Notes under the pieces: model-generated | Databases searched by the model: none | What the model was told of the DNA's origin: nothing | Seen by the model: only the letters and a program-made list of their open reading frames with translations | Position numbers and translations under genes: made by a program | Origin: an uncultured virus (IMG/VR IMGVR_UViG_3300025889_000102) | Lineage: Duplodnaviria; Heunggongvirae; Uroviricota; Caudoviricetes | DNA length: 20,000 bases | Direction: 5' to 3' (one strand) | IMG/VR virus record: IMGVR_UViG_3300025889_000102 | Shown here: piece after piece, positions 17,532 through 20,000 of the stretch | Layout of the letters: every line of letters begins with the position of its first letter | How positions within the stretch are numbered: the first letter of the stretch is position 1

Positions 17532-18719
17532 GTGGGTAAGACAGTAGCAATGATAGGTGTAGGCAAGTTAGGTCAAGACTGTGCTGAAGTAATGGCAGAA
17601 CACTACCAACTAGTTGGGTATGACGTAGAACCAAGATCACCCTCTAATTTTTCAATGGCTCCTTCTATAGAAGAAGCAGTTAAGAACAAAGACTTAATTT
17701 TTATCGCTGCTCCTACCCCGCATCATCCCATATATGGTGGAGAGTTGCCTACTAGCCATTTACCCAATAAAGATTTTGACTATACGATAGTCAGCAAAAT
17801 CCTCGAAGAAGTAAACAAACATGTAAATCAAAATCAATTAGTTGTTCTTATATCTACAGTATTGCCGGGCACAGTAAGAAACGTACTAAGACCACTCATT
17901 ACTAATGCTAGATTTATATATAATCCTTATTTAATTGCTATGGGTTCTGTTAAATGGGATATGGTTAATCCTGAAATGGTTATCATAGGAACAGAAGATG
18001 GTAGCATTACCGGAGATGCTAATGAACTGATTGAGTTCTACAAAGTATTCATGCAAAACGATCCTAGATACGAAGTTGGTACTTGGGATGAAGCAGAATC
18101 TATTAAAATATTCTACAATACTTTTATCTCGGCTAAACTAGGGCTAGTCAACATGATACAAGACGTGGCAGAAGCCAATGGAAATATTAATGTAGATGTA
18201 GTAACTCAAGCATTAGCAAAGTCTACACATCGTATAATGGGACCTGCATATATGAAAGCGGGATTAGGTGACGCGGGTGCATGTCATCCTAGAGATAATA
18301 TCGCGTTAAGATATCTAGCAGAAAGATTAGACTTAGGCTATGATCTTTTTGATGCTATTATGAAGGCTAGAGAAGTACAATCAGAAAAACTAGCATTAAA
18401 GTGTTTAAAATACAGCAATGATATAGTAATACTAGGCAAAGCATATAAACCAGCAGTATCGTATGTAAATGGTAGTTGCAGTTTATTGATAGGCCATTAT
18501 ATAGAAAAGCACGGCGGTAACGTTTATTACTATGATCCCAACACTAATGATTTAGAGTTACCTGCAGGAGTGAATACATTCTTGATAGGTTATTGGGAAA
18601 AGTGGGTAGAAGAATTTAAATTCCCAGAAAATTCTACAGTTATCGACCCATGGCGAACTATGAAGAATGATGTTAATAATGTTACAACATTAGTACATTA
18701 TGGTAATACTAGAAAATAA
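17532..18719 (+). CDS. UDP-glucose/GDP-mannose dehydrogenase family nucleotide-sugar 6-dehydrogenase, 395 aa
   Basis: IGVGKLG, APTP, STVLPGT, YNP, AESIKIFYNTF, catalytic-Cys loop GACHPRD (canonical GGxCxPKD), LGKAYKP and YDP. Confidence 0.9.
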   Translation: MGKTVAMIGVGKLGQDCAEVMAEHYQLVGYDVEPRSPSNFSMAPSIEEAVKNKDLIFIAAPTPHHPIYGGELPTSHLPNKDFDYTIVSKILEEVNKHVNQNQLVVLISTVLPGTVRNVLRPLITNARFIYNPYLIAMGSVKWDMVNPEMVIIGTEDGSITGDANELIEFYKVFMQNDPRYEVGTWDEAESIKIFYNTFISAKLGLVNMIQDVAEANGNINVDVVTQALAKSTHRIMGPAYMKAGLGDAGACHPRDNIALRYLAERLDLGYDLFDAIMKAREVQSEKLALKCLKYSNDIVILGKAYKPAVSYVNGSCSLLIGHYIEKHGGNVYYYDPNTNDLELPAGVNTFLIGYWEKWVEEFKFPENSTVIDPWRTMKNDVNNVTTLVHYGNTRK

Positions 18720-18727
18720 GAATATAA

Positions 18728-20000
18728 ATGGCATTTAATTACGGACATATAGATCCATTCTGGAATATAGAAGAAGTTAAAGCATTCCCATATCAACGTC
18801 AACCATTAATGGATTATGAGATCGACAACTGGCGATCTCAGGGCTACGACTATGTTAAAAGTTTTTCTGGTCAAATGTATGGAAGTAATAATCCTATGCC
18901 TAAGTGGGTTAAGCACTTCGAATATTATTTTCAAAATGATCATCATAAATTTACCTATAATTTTTATAAAATGCAAACATTAGAAATAATGCCAACTCAT
19001 TCTGATCATTATCAAACATACATGAAAGTTTTTGATGTTGATTTCAAAGACTGTATTAGAATTTTAGTAATGCTGGAAGACTGGAAACCGGGACATTATT
19101 TAGAAATAGACGGAGAAGGCATCACTAATTGGAAAGCAGGTGACTGGTTTTCATGGAGGAGTGGCGCTCCTCATGCTGCCGCTAACATAGGAATAGAAGA
19201 TAGATACACTCTACAAATAACCGCATCAGAAATACATGGTACGAAAGACACATACGGAAAATTACATTGGTATAATCTTTCAGATTTAAAAACTAAAAAC
19301 GTTTCAAAAAAGTGTGCTTTTATGAAATATTATATAAAGAGAGTACTAAATGTAAGTTCTGATTTTTCGGATGACATAGATAAAATGCCTACCTACGTAT
19401 ACATGAATAATGGAATTATAAAAGAATTAGGTGAAATATCTCATTCACCTGATATGTCAGATTATTATAATAAGGTTGGAATTAGATTTTACTTATATGA
19501 GCCTTTATGCTCTTACTTAGAAAGTAGCGATAAAAATAATTACTTAGGAGTTAAATCAGAGTTCACTAGTGACATAAATCCTAGTGAGTTGAGAGCTTAT
19601 GAATTGGATTCTATTCAAGAGTATGCTGATAGAAACAAATTGACTAATGTTACGGTTTATACAGGAGATTACGAAGCAGAAAAGTGGTATCCTCATTATT
19701 CTATAAATTTGAAATACGATGACATTTTTGTTAATACATTAGAACGACCAAAAGATATAGAAACAGTTGCTCCAGTAAATTCTAGTAAAATTAATAAAAA
19801 ATTTATCTGCTTGAATTGGCGTCATACTATACACAGACACCTAACAGCAGCATTTCTTTCAAAGCGTGATGTTTATTTGTCTTGGTATTTTATGATGGAT
19901 ACTGATAAGTTAGTAGAAATTGATTGGTTAAATTTAGAAAATTTTAAATATAAACAAGATGTGACAGAAGGTTTAGCAGTATTAAATGATAAAGGACCAT
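18728..20000 (+). CDS. 3'-truncated two-domain protein: N-terminal Fe(II)/2OG oxygenase-like cupin plus uncharacterised C-terminal domain (not in ORF track)
   Basis: Hand translation is open from the ATG at 18728 to the window end (at least 424 codons): MAFNYGHIDPFW...IMPTHSDHY (HxD)...LEDWKPGHYLEIDG...WKAGD...PHAAANIGIEDRYTLQIT (distal His and Arg), then ...KKFICLNWRHTIHRHL... Confidence 0.8.
   Translation, partial: MAFNYGHIDPFWNIEEVKAFPYQRQPLMDYEIDNWRSQGYDYVKSFSGQMYGSNNPMPKWVKHFEYYFQNDHHKFTYNFYKMQTLEIMPTHSDHYQTYMKVFDVDFKDCIRILVMLEDWKPGHYLEIDGEGITNWKAGDWFSWRSGAPHAAANIGIEDRYTLQITASEIHGTKDTYGKLHWYNLSDLKTKNVSKKCAFMKYYIKRVLNVSSDFSDDIDKMPTYVYMNNGIIKELGEISHSPDMSDYYNKVGIRFYLYEPLCSYLESSDKNNYLGVKSEFTSDINPSELRAYELDSIQEYADRNKLTNVTVYTGDYEAEKWYPHYSINLKYDDIFVNTLERPKDIETVAPVNSSKINKKFICLNWRHTIHRHLTAAFLSKRDVYLSWYFMMDTDKLVEIDWLNLENFKYKQDVTEGLAVLNDKGP

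Noticed and set aside
13593..18730. TATAAATG at 13593 and 18723 as late promoters
   Set aside because: The motif includes the start codon itself, so a transcript from it would miss the ATG; it is more likely an AT-rich translation initiation context.
6532..20000. Bacterial capsule or O-antigen locus
   Set aside because: No flippase, polymerase, ABC exporter or other membrane protein is seen in the window, and the cluster is continuous with phage structural genes and shares their promoter-like motif.
1..20000. CRISPR arrays, tRNA/rRNA genes, introns, inteins, transposases
   Set aside because: Intergenic gaps are at most about 50 nt, and no spaced repeats, split genes or intein/transposase motifs were seen by eye.

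Overview
The window is a single-strand (+), densely packed, AT-rich segment that looks like a large T4-like/jumbo tailed phage genome (inferred from the protein types and from T4-late-promoter-like TAAATA boxes in the intergenic gaps). Bases 1-6482 hold virion structural genes: the 3' part of a very large repeat-rich baseplate/tail protein, an uncalled 49-aa ORF, a 204-aa protein, a tail-fibre-like protein with a C-terminal peptidase-G2-type autocleaving chaperone, and a Ser/Thr-rich fibre-like protein. Bases 6532-20000 hold a tightly overlapping enzyme cluster. It encodes three GT-A glycosyltransferase-like proteins, two small unknown proteins, four tandem twitch/SPASM radical SAM enzymes (three with the auxiliary domain at the N-terminus), a GDP-mannose 3',5'-epimerase-like SDR, a cobalamin-dependent radical SAM enzyme, a UDP-glucose/GDP-mannose dehydrogenase, and an uncalled, truncated Fe(II)/2OG-oxygenase fusion. 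The main hypothesis is a late-expressed, phage-encoded pathway that builds and radically tailors an unusual glycan, probably for decorating the virion. All family calls come from motifs read by eye; no searches were run.
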